A stretch of DNA of 64,000 bases. It comes from Nitrospirota bacterium. Its GTDB lineage: Bacteria; Nitrospirota; UBA9217. This document shows positions 21,771 through 30,474 of this stretch, piece by piece. The stretch spans positions 2,112,001 to 2,176,000 of the forward strand of contig CAVTRN010000002.1 of the NCBI GenBank assembly GCA_963737155.1, read 5' to 3'. The position numbers were made by a program, and so were the translations under genes. The notes under the pieces are model-generated. The model ran no database searches and was not told the DNA's origin. It was given only the letters and a program-made list of their open reading frames with translations. How positions within the stretch are numbered: position 1 is the stretch's first letter; every line of letters begins with the position of its first letter.

Positions 21771-22226
21771 CTAACCGCGCTTACAATCGTTAGGTGACGC
21801 GCACCCTGATACGTCCCTTTTTTTTGAAAGAATTTCATGTATTTCTTCTGGCGTGTATAATTTACCTTTCCCAACACCAGGACAGTAAGCAGCGATTTCC
21901 CGTTGCCACACGCTGCTTTCCATGTTTTCCGGCCAAAAAGGCCATGTGCGACACTGCCAGGGACGGGCATCATAAACGCGACAACGGTTATTTCCCAGGA
22001 ATGGACAGTCCGTGCCCCTGTACTTCAATTGAACCATCCCGTCTTCTATTTCCGTGAATTTGGCAGTGAACTCGGCTGTTGTCATTTTAAGAAATTTAGC
22101 CAAGCGTTTCCGATCGGCGAACGACAGGTAGACATAGCCGTATTTACCGCGCGATATACAACACTTGCCTTCGCCCTGGCATTCGAAGCGAATGCCAGGT
22201 TCAATGAATTTATTTTTTTTATGCAT
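21771..22226 (-). CDS. YkgJ-family cysteine-cluster protein
   Basis: FECQGEGKCC, CPFL..NRCRVYDARPWQCRTWPFW, CPG. Confidence 0.88.
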   Translation of the reverse strand: MHKKNKFIEPGIRFECQGEGKCCISRGKYGYVYLSFADRKRLAKFLKMTTAEFTAKFTEIEDGMVQLKYRGTDCPFLGNNRCRVYDARPWQCRTWPFWPENMESSVWQREIAAYCPGVGKGKLYTPEEIHEILSKKRDVSGCASPNDCKRG

Positions 22227-22277
22227 TCGTTCAGGACCCTTTTTTATTGAAACTTTTTCCCCATTTCTAACCTAAAC

Positions 22278-22583
22278 CTACTCCGGCTCTATTGTCGCAA
22301 TCAGTGAATAAGTCCGGAGCTGGTCGCGATGCAGCTCTGCCTTTTCAAGGGGTTCGATGGTACAGAGAGCGACACCGTTCCGGTGTGCTTCCAGCATGAT
22401 TCGTTCGCACTCTGACAGATCGAACTGAAAAACGCTTACAAGCGCTCTGATGACATCGTCCATTGTATTCCTGTCATCATTGTGTAGCAGAACCTTGTAT
22501 CGGGGAATGTGTGTTACGGTGCGCTTCAGAATAGTTTCGGGTCTGGTTGAAGAATGAGCAGTTATTTTCGGGTATTTACACAT
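22278..22583 (-). CDS. clpS: ATP-dependent Clp protease adaptor ClpS
   Basis: YKVLLHNDD, IMLEAHRNGVA, ATIEPE. Confidence 0.9.
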   Translation of the reverse strand: MCKYPKITAHSSTRPETILKRTVTHIPRYKVLLHNDDRNTMDDVIRALVSVFQFDLSECERIMLEAHRNGVALCTIEPLEKAELHRDQLRTYSLIATIEPE

Positions 22584-22762
22584 TTAAATTTTGATTGAGT
22601 GGTCCTTATTCCCTTTGTCAGCATTTCTGTATGGGATGGTAACAGTTTTTCAGTTTTCCATAGGTTTTAAAGTCAATTTAAAGAGTGATTTTCACCCGAC
22701 TTTATGCCTTGTTTTATTGTTTATTCCCGCTCCTCTTGAGCAATTACTGTTCTCTTTCTATT

Positions 22763-22930
22763 AAGCTAGAAAGCAAACACGATGAACTCTCCCGCCACTA
22801 AACCGTAAGAACGGTTGTAGTGGGGGTTTCACGGCTCCTGACGGATGCGATCTGAAGGCAATTGCCCTCAAATTGTCTTATTTCCATCTCCCCGCGCGTG
22901 ACTTCGGCCGGTTCCCGACCTAGTTGCTGC
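22763..22930 (-). ncRNA. Predicted TnpB omega/reRNA (scaffold overlapping tnpB 3' end plus flanking guide)
   Basis: Inferred from the known IS200/IS605 architecture. 5' boundary approximate. Predicted guide is TCGTGTTTGCTTTCTAGCTT. Confidence 0.5.
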
Positions 22931-24380
22931 TTTTTCTTTAACCGCATGGCACGCGTTGTTTGTTTTACGGCAATCTCGCCGGCGAACAGCATCCGGATAC
23001 CTCTGTTTTTGACAGAGACGGATACGTTAAAGTCGGCGTTTGCTGTAAAACCGCAGCGTTGGCATTCGAATTTCGCCTGAGACTGGCGATTATCCGGGTG
23101 AGTGTGCGAACACTTCGAACACTCCTGCGACGTGCAGTGCGGCGGTACGGCGATGACTAGTTTGTTTGCTCTTTTGGCCTTGTAGGTAGTGAACAGCCTT
23201 ACTTTGCCCCAGGCGGACTCGAGGATCGCCTTATTGAGACCCGCCTTGGCAGCAGCTCCGTTGGGGAGATACGCGGCTGTGCCGTTATTTGCTGGTTTTG
23301 GTTCCGGTGCCTTGGTCATGTTCTTTATTTTGAGATCCTCGAATACAATGACCTCGACATCGGAATCTATAATCTTACGGCTGGTTTTGTGGGCGAAGTC
23401 CGAACGGACGTTAGCTGCATGCGCATGGCTGCTCGAGACCTTACTCATTGCGCGCTTCCAGCGCCCTGACCCTTTTTGCCTGCGGGCCATTATGCGCTGA
23501 TAGCGTTTCCGGCGGATCTCTTTTACATCGAGATTGCGCTTTTGATTGCCGGTGTAGTCATGATTGGCACCATCGCTCGATGCCGCAGGGGTTACTACGC
23601 CGCGGTCCATGCCCATCGTGATTTTATCGAGGTTCTGGACGTTCATCGCGGAGTAATGGGCGATAAGATCGGATTCCGATAAGCTGAGATCGTCAGGCGC
23701 TGCATAGGAGAACGACACGAACCACTTACCGGCTTCCCGCGCGATAGTAATGGTTGCCGGTAGATCGTATTCCGTGTGGGCCTTAAAGCGCAATTCTCCG
23801 AGGTTGTGTGTTTTTGTGCCGAGCAGCAGTTTGTGGTCGTAGATGGTTTTGCCCTGCTTGCTGTTGTGGCTGCTTTTGCGTTTGCCGGTGGGCACGAATC
23901 TAAATAGCTCGCTGGTAAGCCAAACAGTTTGGCGGCCTGACTTCTTCTTAAACGTTGGACGCTTGGCAAGCCCATTGAAAAAGCGTTGTTGGGCGCCGAT
24001 AAATCTGACGGCACCATTCCGGAGCACTTGAGAAGGCAGCTCGTACAAAAAAGGGGTTAATTCCTTATCCTTAAACTGCGAGTATTGCTGGTCGTTTGGA
24101 AGCTGTATGCCGGTTAAGGAAAGGGAGTGTTTTCTGAAGGTATAGAAATATTTCGTTTCTGAAACCTTGGCGTTGTATATCAGGCGCTGGCATCCGATCC
24201 ACTGAGACAGTTCCTCTTGCTGTTTCTCTGTCGGATACGCCCTGAATTTGACTCCGCTTGTTGATGGTGACATGCGAGATATTATAGCACAACTCAATGA
24301 AATTAAATCAAAATTGATCCGCTTAACCCGCCTCCTGGCGCTTCGCGCCTAGCAGGGGGAATACGCGGACCAGAGTTCAA
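22783..24380 (-). mobile_element. IS200/IS605-family non-autonomous element (tnpB only, IS1341-like)
   Basis: Right-end hairpin CCACTACAACCGT-TCTT-ACGGTTTAGTGG followed by CGGGAGAGTTCA (ends 22783). Imperfect GC-rich hairpin at 24316-24380 upstream. No tnpA inside. Confidence 0.8.
22798..24273 (-). CDS. tnpB: RNA-guided endonuclease TnpB
   Basis: KFRAYPT HTH; RuvC motifs GMDRG, VFEDL, NADFN; zinc finger CSKC...CQRC. Confidence 0.93.
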   Translation of the reverse strand: MSPSTSGVKFRAYPTEKQQEELSQWIGCQRLIYNAKVSETKYFYTFRKHSLSLTGIQLPNDQQYSQFKDKELTPFLYELPSQVLRNGAVRFIGAQQRFFNGLAKRPTFKKKSGRQTVWLTSELFRFVPTGKRKSSHNSKQGKTIYDHKLLLGTKTHNLGELRFKAHTEYDLPATITIAREAGKWFVSFSYAAPDDLSLSESDLIAHYSAMNVQNLDKITMGMDRGVVTPAASSDGANHDYTGNQKRNLDVKEIRRKRYQRIMARRQKGSGRWKRAMSKVSSSHAHAANVRSDFAHKTSRKIIDSDVEVIVFEDLKIKNMTKAPEPKPANNGTAAYLPNGAAAKAGLNKAILESAWGKVRLFTTYKAKRANKLVIAVPPHCTSQECSKCSHTHPDNRQSQAKFECQRCGFTANADFNVSVSVKNRGIRMLFAGEIAVKQTTRAMRLKKKQQLGREPAEVTRGEMEIRQFEGNCLQIASVRSRETPTTTVLTV

Positions 24381-24530
24381 AAATGCTTATAAGGTATAAA
24401 TAGCATGAGTTTTTGTGCGGATAAGGCACCATTAGATGCTGGACGGAGGATCGAAACAGATTCTCAAATGAAGGAGAAATGTGCTCCCTATCCTCCTACA
24501 TATCAAAAATTTTTGCAGCTTGCCGTTTCG

Positions 24531-25259
24531 TTACAATCCTATCACAATGTCCGAGGTAAGCTGTTCCATTATAAAATGCCGAACAAAGGTCCGGTCTCCA
24601 GGTGAAATTTCTAAAAACCTCATTCCCATGCCCGGTTCGCGGAAGAGTCCACCTTCCATGGCACGGCTATATATCACTTTGGCTTTTACTGTGATCGAAT
24701 GATCCTTAATTAATATTCTAAGTGGTGTGGATGAGTCTTTAGGACGTGGAAAGAGCGTCCGGAGATAAATCCCCCCTTCGGATATGGTTGAGGCAAATTC
24801 CGTCCGTTCTGCGCCACCCCGGGAAGTCCCATCCCCCACGACTACCTTGAGAGGCATGCTGAGCCGAATGTGATTTCGCGGTGTAGAAACAAGTGCGGAA
24901 AGAATCGATTGGTAGAGACGGCTAGGGTCGACGGGTTTGATTAGGAAATCGATGCAACCCATATCAAGACAGGTAGACCGCGATGCAGCACCATCTCGGT
25001 CTGCGAGCACGACGATGGGAACCTGTTTTATACGATCTGAGTTTTTTACTGTTTTGATAAAATCGATGCCGCTCATCTTCAGCAGCGCGATCTCCGTCAG
25101 TATTAGGGACGGTACCGTGCTTTGCATGAGCATCAGAGCTTCTTCGGCGGAGGCCGCAATCATCACGGTGAATTCAAGGCGCTTCAGCAGAATTGCATAG
25201 TAATACCGCAGTGTAGCGCTCCCGTCCACGAGCAAAACTGTTCTGCCATCCCAGGACAT
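24531..25259 (-). CDS. Receiver-like domain plus PilZ domain protein
   Basis: REC fold (VLLVDG...LILTEI...FLIKP) and PilZ RNHIR / TISEGG / PGMGMRF. Confidence 0.82.
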   Translation of the reverse strand: MSWDGRTVLLVDGSATLRYYYAILLKRLEFTVMIAASAEEALMLMQSTVPSLILTEIALLKMSGIDFIKTVKNSDRIKQVPIVVLADRDGAASRSTCLDMGCIDFLIKPVDPSRLYQSILSALVSTPRNHIRLSMPLKVVVGDGTSRGGAERTEFASTISEGGIYLRTLFPRPKDSSTPLRILIKDHSITVKAKVIYSRAMEGGLFREPGMGMRFLEISPGDRTFVRHFIMEQLTSDIVIGL

Positions 25260-25445
25260 AAGTTGTTCCTTCCCAGCCGCAACGGAGAAATTTGCATAAA
25301 AACCGTCTCATCAACAGAATCCCTGATATTAACCAGCAGCAGTACTGTTCGGCTGTGTTGTAATGAAATACCGTGGTTTCAGAAACGGTAGAATCCTTAT
25401 ACAGAATTTTCCCCCTGCGAAGATCCTGTTCCGTCTGCCTTTTTA

Positions 25446-26444
25446 CTAAGCCTGTCCAGCGGAACCGAGAACTTCCTTGTTTTTGTGAATGATCATCTTC
25501 GTCAGTTCGTCACGGGCCGGTCCTAGGTACTTTCTTGGGTCGAATTCGGTCGGTTTCTCAGCAAAGGTCTTCCTGATCAGCGCGGTCATGGCGAGGCGAC
25601 CATCGCTGTCGATATTGATTTTGCATACCGCGCTTCGCGCGGCTTTTCTGAGCTGTTCTTCGGGGATGCCCACAGCGTCCTTCAGCGCACCACCATTTTT
25701 GTTGATCATTTCAACATATTCCGGCACCACCGATGAGGCGCCATGCAGCACGATCGGAAACCCGGGGATCCGTTTTTCGATTTCTTCAAGAATGTCGAAC
25801 CGAAGCGGTGGCGGTACAAGGACACCGCGGGCATTGCGGGTGCATTGTTCGGGCTTAAATTTCATGGCACCATGCGATGTCCCGATCGAAATTGCGAGGG
25901 AGTCGACATTGGTTTTCATCACGAAATCCTCGACCTGCTCGGGTTTCGTGTAGGTGGACTTCTCAGCTGAGACCGCATCCTCGATGCCGGCCAGCACACC
26001 CAGTTCTCCTTCCACTACTACATCGTTGGCGTGGGCATACTCGACAACCTGCTTGGTCAGTTTGATGTTATCTTCATAAGAATGGTGAGATCCGTCGATC
26101 ATGACCGATGAAAATCCGGAATCAACGCAGGATTTGCAAAGATCCAAGGTATCGCCATGGTCCAGGTGCAGGGCGAATTTCACCGGCGAACCGGCGTCCT
26201 TGATCATAGCAACTGCGCCCATAGCGAGAAAACGCAGAAGAGTCTGGTTTGCGTATTTTCTCGCCCCGCTCGATACCTGCAGAATAAAAGGCGACCGGGA
26301 TTCAACGCAGCCCATGACGATGGCCTGCAACTGCTCCATATTGTTGAAATTATACGCCGGAATTGCATACTTGCCCTTCATTGCCTTTTCGAACATGTCC
26401 GTGGTCGTGACTAAGCCAATGTCCTTGTATGAAACTTTGTCCAT
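25446..26444 (-). CDS. fba: Class II fructose-1,6-bisphosphate aldolase
   Basis: LHLDHG, VMIDGS, VEGELG, IGTSHG, VLHGAS, KINIDSD, DPRKYL. Confidence 0.96.
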   Translation of the reverse strand: MDKVSYKDIGLVTTTDMFEKAMKGKYAIPAYNFNNMEQLQAIVMGCVESRSPFILQVSSGARKYANQTLLRFLAMGAVAMIKDAGSPVKFALHLDHGDTLDLCKSCVDSGFSSVMIDGSHHSYEDNIKLTKQVVEYAHANDVVVEGELGVLAGIEDAVSAEKSTYTKPEQVEDFVMKTNVDSLAISIGTSHGAMKFKPEQCTRNARGVLVPPPLRFDILEEIEKRIPGFPIVLHGASSVVPEYVEMINKNGGALKDAVGIPEEQLRKAARSAVCKINIDSDGRLAMTALIRKTFAEKPTEFDPRKYLGPARDELTKMIIHKNKEVLGSAGQA

Positions 26445-26688
26445 TAGGAAAACCTCCTATCGAGAATAAGATACGCAAGTAGGATCATTCTAGCACGAGT
26501 CTTGTATAAACTTCAAGAGGCTTTCGATTGTTACTTCCCGGCTAGCGCAAGGAATTCAGCATCGCTGAGCAGAATTTTGACGCCTTCCGAAAAAGTAAAG
26601 AAATTTCCAGGGAGTAAAATCCAGGATTCCTATTTATTACTGGCAATTTACCAGCTTCCTTCGAGCTGAACTCAGCTCATAAGGAACT

Positions 26689-26871
26689 TCAGGTAGGGCC
26701 GCAGTTCAAGGAGCAGGCTTGAGCCAATTTTTTTTCATCTTCAGCTAGATGACATTTCTTATATTTCAGACCGCTGCCGCACCAACACTTTTCGTTTCTC
26801 CCTGGTCTGATTGCCGGGGGATTTTCGTCTCTCCTCCGTAACACATTCAACGCACGATCAAATATCCCCAT
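26689..26871 (-). CDS. Small SEC-C motif protein
   Basis: PGRNEKCWCGSGLKYKKCH. RBS GAGGGAG before the ATG at 26871. Confidence 0.85.
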   Translation of the reverse strand: MGIFDRALNVLRRRDENPPAIRPGRNEKCWCGSGLKYKKCHLAEDEKKLAQACSLNCGPT

Positions 26872-26994
26872 CTTTTCTCCCTCAAATATGGTTTTGGAGG
26901 TTTCATTGTAACAAAAAAATGTGCTATTTTCCATAGCGATTGAATCGCATAAAACCAGAAGACAATGGTGTTACTCAGGCAACTTTCATGCAGG

Positions 26995-29688
26995 TTATTT
27001 TGACGTCTCCTGGAGTGTTTTCTCCAGATCGTTTAAATATTTCCCAAACCCGGACCAGTCTTCTTTGCGTATCGCCTCCCGTGCCTTTCGCAGCAGTTCC
27101 AGCGCACGGTAGTTTAGTTCCCCAGGCTGCCGCTTATTCGTGGACATCTCCTCACCATCTACCCGCGTACCCGGCAGCCCGCCCGAGAATACCCGCTGGA
27201 TAGCAGCCTCAAGCGTATCTTCCATGACCACATTGTTCCCGTAGGCGACGATGACCCTGCTCAGTTCAGGCAAACCCCCTTTGTCCGTGGCTACTAGGTA
27301 AAGCGGCTGGACATAAATGAGCGAGTTCTCAATGGGGATGATAAGGAGACTTCCGCGGATCACATCAGAGCCGTGCTGACCCCATAGAGTTAACTGCTGC
27401 GAGATATAGGAGTCCTGGTCTATACGGGCATCGATCTGGCGCGGACCAAACACCAGCCGGTCTCGCGGAAAGGTGTAGACAATAACTTTTCCATAGTTCT
27501 CCCCATCGCATCGCGCTGCCATCCACGCGGCAAGATTGTCCCGCTTGGATGGTGTGAAGGGCAGAAGAAGTATAAACTCCTCAACCGCTCCTCCCGGAAG
27601 TTTCATGATCTGGAAATAGGGGTCCATTGTCTGCTGCCGGTAAGACGGGATCTCCCAGAGATCCTCCTTGTTGTAGAACACCGAGGGATCAGTCATATGG
27701 AAGGTGGTGAACATCTTTGCCTGGATCTTGAGCATTGCCCGTGGATACCGGATATGCCTGCGGAGATCAGACGGCATCCGATCAATCGGTTTGAACAGAT
27801 TCGGGAAGATAGCGGCATAGGTCCTTGACATGATATCGGTACGATCCACTAAGTAGAATGAGACCGTACCATCATAGGCATCCACGACGACCTTTACGGG
27901 GTTGCGCAGGTAGTTATTCCCTCCGTCCGCGGGTCTCGAATAGGGAAGATAAGACGAATGCGAATAAGCATCGATGATCCATGACAACCGACCATCATCG
28001 CCGATTACGAGATAGGGGTCGGAGTCATAAGAGAAAAACGGGGCGATCGAGGCCACCCGCTGTATAATCCTCCGGTTATAGAGTATCTTGCTGTCATTGG
28101 TGACATCGCTCGAAAGGACGATCTTGAAGTTTCCAAAATATGCCGCATACAGCAGTCGTTCCAAGACAGAAGAGAGCCGGACGCCGCCCTTCCCTGTATA
28201 CAGAGAATAGATGTTCTCTCCCGTCGTGGGATAGCCGAACTCCTTGGTCCTAGCATTCACAATGACATAATCGTTCGGGGTCTCTCCATAATAGATCTCG
28301 GGCCTTGCAACTTTCGGTCCAGCACTCGTGACCGGCGGGATGTCCTTGATATAAAATTCCGGCAAACCTTCCTTCGTAATGCCGCTTACTGGTCCCATGG
28401 CTAGTCCGAAGCCGTGGGTAAAAACAAGCCGCTCATTAATCCAAGACTTATTCGGCAGGTCGGCATAGGAAAGCTCTCTCGGGGAAAGCATGACTTGGAG
28501 GTAGTTTCCGTTCACCGTATAGCGATCGTTGTCCACGTCGTTGAAATGATAGTAGGTCCTGATCTGCTGCAGTTGACTATACGTCTTGAGCAAGGGCTCT
28601 TCATCCCAGAGTCTGATGTTTTGGATAGTAGACAGATTTTTCCGGATATCAGTGAAGGTCAATGGGCTGTTCGCGGCATAGGGCTGCAGATCCATGTTCT
28701 CTAGTCCGAAACCGAACCGTGTGAATTTGATATGACTCGCAATATAAGGCCGCTCCAGGACTATTTCGTTAGGTGAGACCTTGAAGCTTTGGATCGTTGA
28801 GGGATAAATCTGAATACCTAGAATATAGACGCCTGCGAGAATAGAGATCGAAACGAGGGGTACCATTACCGAGCGGCGCAAAGCGAAAAGGGAAATCGCA
28901 ACTGCAGCTACTGCCGAGAGCCCTGCCATCAGAGAAAGGACCCATATCCTGGCATGTACGTCAGTATAGGATGCCCCATACAACACGCCATGCTCGGAGG
29001 TTAATAGGCCGTATCGGTCTAGAAAAAACCTGAGTGACTGGCTGAGGAGAAAGAGCGACACCAGTATGCCGAGATGGCGCTTAACGCCTGGCTCCACGGT
29101 GAAGAGCCTTCCGACAACGACAATACCGCCCCTGACGAGATAGATCGGAATAATCAGCAGTGCGGACACAATGATCAGACTACGTAGCATGTCGTTCAAC
29201 GAATTCAGGAAGGGGTAGGTAAAGAGATAGAATGAGACGTCTTTGGCGAAAATAGGATCAGCGAGTCCTGCGGACGTCCTGTTTAGAAATAGAAGCGCCT
29301 GTTCCCATAAACTCATTCCGGCTGGGAATGCAAAGAGGAAGGCGAATATCGAACAGAGTAGCGATATCCAGCCCATGACTCGGTCAATGTCGATCCGCTG
29401 CAGTTGCGGTACCCTGTCCCATAAGGCATTCAGGCCTGCCAGAGCATAGGTGTGTCGCCGCGCAAAGAAGAGGTTCATGTAAATCATGAGAAAGGCAATT
29501 GAACCGAGAGCCGTGCCGGAGATCAGCTTCGCCTGGTATGTCGTGGTGAACACCGATACATAGCCGACTTCGCGGAAGAAAAACCAGTCCGCTAAGAAAC
29601 TGATGATTTCCCGAGAACCAAGCAGAACCAGAAAAGCCGCTACCATAGCAATGAGAATGCCTTTGTTACTGGCATTTTGAATATTCAT
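26995..29688 (-). CDS. UPF0182-family membrane protein
   Basis: N-terminal TMs, GASYTDVHA, NIRLWD, FTHGFG, WIIDAY, LIYVQPLY. Confidence 0.92.
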   Translation of the reverse strand: MNIQNASNKGILIAMVAAFLVLLGSREIISFLADWFFFREVGYVSVFTTTYQAKLISGTALGSIAFLMIYMNLFFARRHTYALAGLNALWDRVPQLQRIDIDRVMGWISLLCSIFAFLFAFPAGMSLWEQALLFLNRTSAGLADPIFAKDVSFYLFTYPFLNSLNDMLRSLIIVSALLIIPIYLVRGGIVVVGRLFTVEPGVKRHLGILVSLFLLSQSLRFFLDRYGLLTSEHGVLYGASYTDVHARIWVLSLMAGLSAVAAVAISLFALRRSVMVPLVSISILAGVYILGIQIYPSTIQSFKVSPNEIVLERPYIASHIKFTRFGFGLENMDLQPYAANSPLTFTDIRKNLSTIQNIRLWDEEPLLKTYSQLQQIRTYYHFNDVDNDRYTVNGNYLQVMLSPRELSYADLPNKSWINERLVFTHGFGLAMGPVSGITKEGLPEFYIKDIPPVTSAGPKVARPEIYYGETPNDYVIVNARTKEFGYPTTGENIYSLYTGKGGVRLSSVLERLLYAAYFGNFKIVLSSDVTNDSKILYNRRIIQRVASIAPFFSYDSDPYLVIGDDGRLSWIIDAYSHSSYLPYSRPADGGNNYLRNPVKVVVDAYDGTVSFYLVDRTDIMSRTYAAIFPNLFKPIDRMPSDLRRHIRYPRAMLKIQAKMFTTFHMTDPSVFYNKEDLWEIPSYRQQTMDPYFQIMKLPGGAVEEFILLLPFTPSKRDNLAAWMAARCDGENYGKVIVYTFPRDRLVFGPRQIDARIDQDSYISQQLTLWGQHGSDVIRGSLLIIPIENSLIYVQPLYLVATDKGGLPELSRVIVAYGNNVVMEDTLEAAIQRVFSGGLPGTRVDGEEMSTNKRQPGELNYRALELLRKAREAIRKEDWSGFGKYLNDLEKTLQETSK

Positions 29689-29795
29689 CTTTGTCCCTAT
29701 CTGGTATTTATCCTGTATAGATGCGCCTTGTAACTCCCGGCATCATGCACAATTCAATCCGGATAATAAACTTTTAACGATGAGCTGTATTATCA

Positions 29796-30182
29796 TCATT
29801 CCTGATCGATGCAATGCGTATCATCGTCGAGGACTAAACTGTTGCAGAATTCAGATATCGAGTCTTCGGGAATCCCCATGTTGCGAAGTACGCTTATAAA
29901 AAGAGAGCGCTGGAACACGGCAACCGTGAATGTGCTCGCTTGCAATGCCATCTCCACGGCGTAACGGTACTTTCCTTGACCGGAACAGGCTGCTATGAAC
30001 CTTCCGATAACTTGTCGTTTTATGGAAATATCTACAGCACTTGCCTTCATCTTTAGCCTTTGTTCCAGTTGCATTGTTTCCTGGAGCAACAGGAGATCTA
30101 AAATTTTGTCATTCATTTCAGCGGGTTTGTCAAGATAATGCTCAAGTCCCTTTCTCCTGGCCAGGCTTTTCGATGTTTCCAT
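29796..30182 (-). CDS. Hypothetical protein
   Basis: 128-aa ORF with RBS GAGG; no recognised motif. Confidence 0.55.
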   Translation of the reverse strand: METSKSLARRKGLEHYLDKPAEMNDKILDLLLLQETMQLEQRLKMKASAVDISIKRQVIGRFIAACSGQGKYRYAVEMALQASTFTVAVFQRSLFISVLRNMGIPEDSISEFCNSLVLDDDTHCIDQE

Positions 30183-30411
30183 AAATACCTCTCAATTTAT
30201 GAAAGCGCCGATAGGCGCTCTCGCCGTTTTGTATACGATGTTTCCACTGGGTCGCCATTGATCTCTTTGGCTCAACGCTACAACGGGGAAGAAGCAGGGT
30301 TCGTTTCGAAAACTGTAATCATTATAACATTTATCAGCCGCATTAACCAGCGGCTTGCTGATCATGCGGCAATACCTGAAGATACGTACACCTGTAGTTG
30401 CCAGGGGAAAA

Positions 30412-30466
30412 GATAGGATCGCACCCGCAGTCCTCCCATAGCACCGTACGGAAGGTTCCGAACATA
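30412..30466 (-). mobile_element. Degenerate group II (class C) intron 3' end (domains V/VI)
   Basis: The - strand reads CGGAACCTTCCGTACGGTGCTATGGGAGGACTGCGGG...TCCTATC, close to the recalled IIC pattern CGGAACCGTACGTACGGTGGTGTGGGAGGACGGCGGG...TCCTAC. Confidence 0.55.
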
Positions 30467-30474
30467 ATGGGTCA

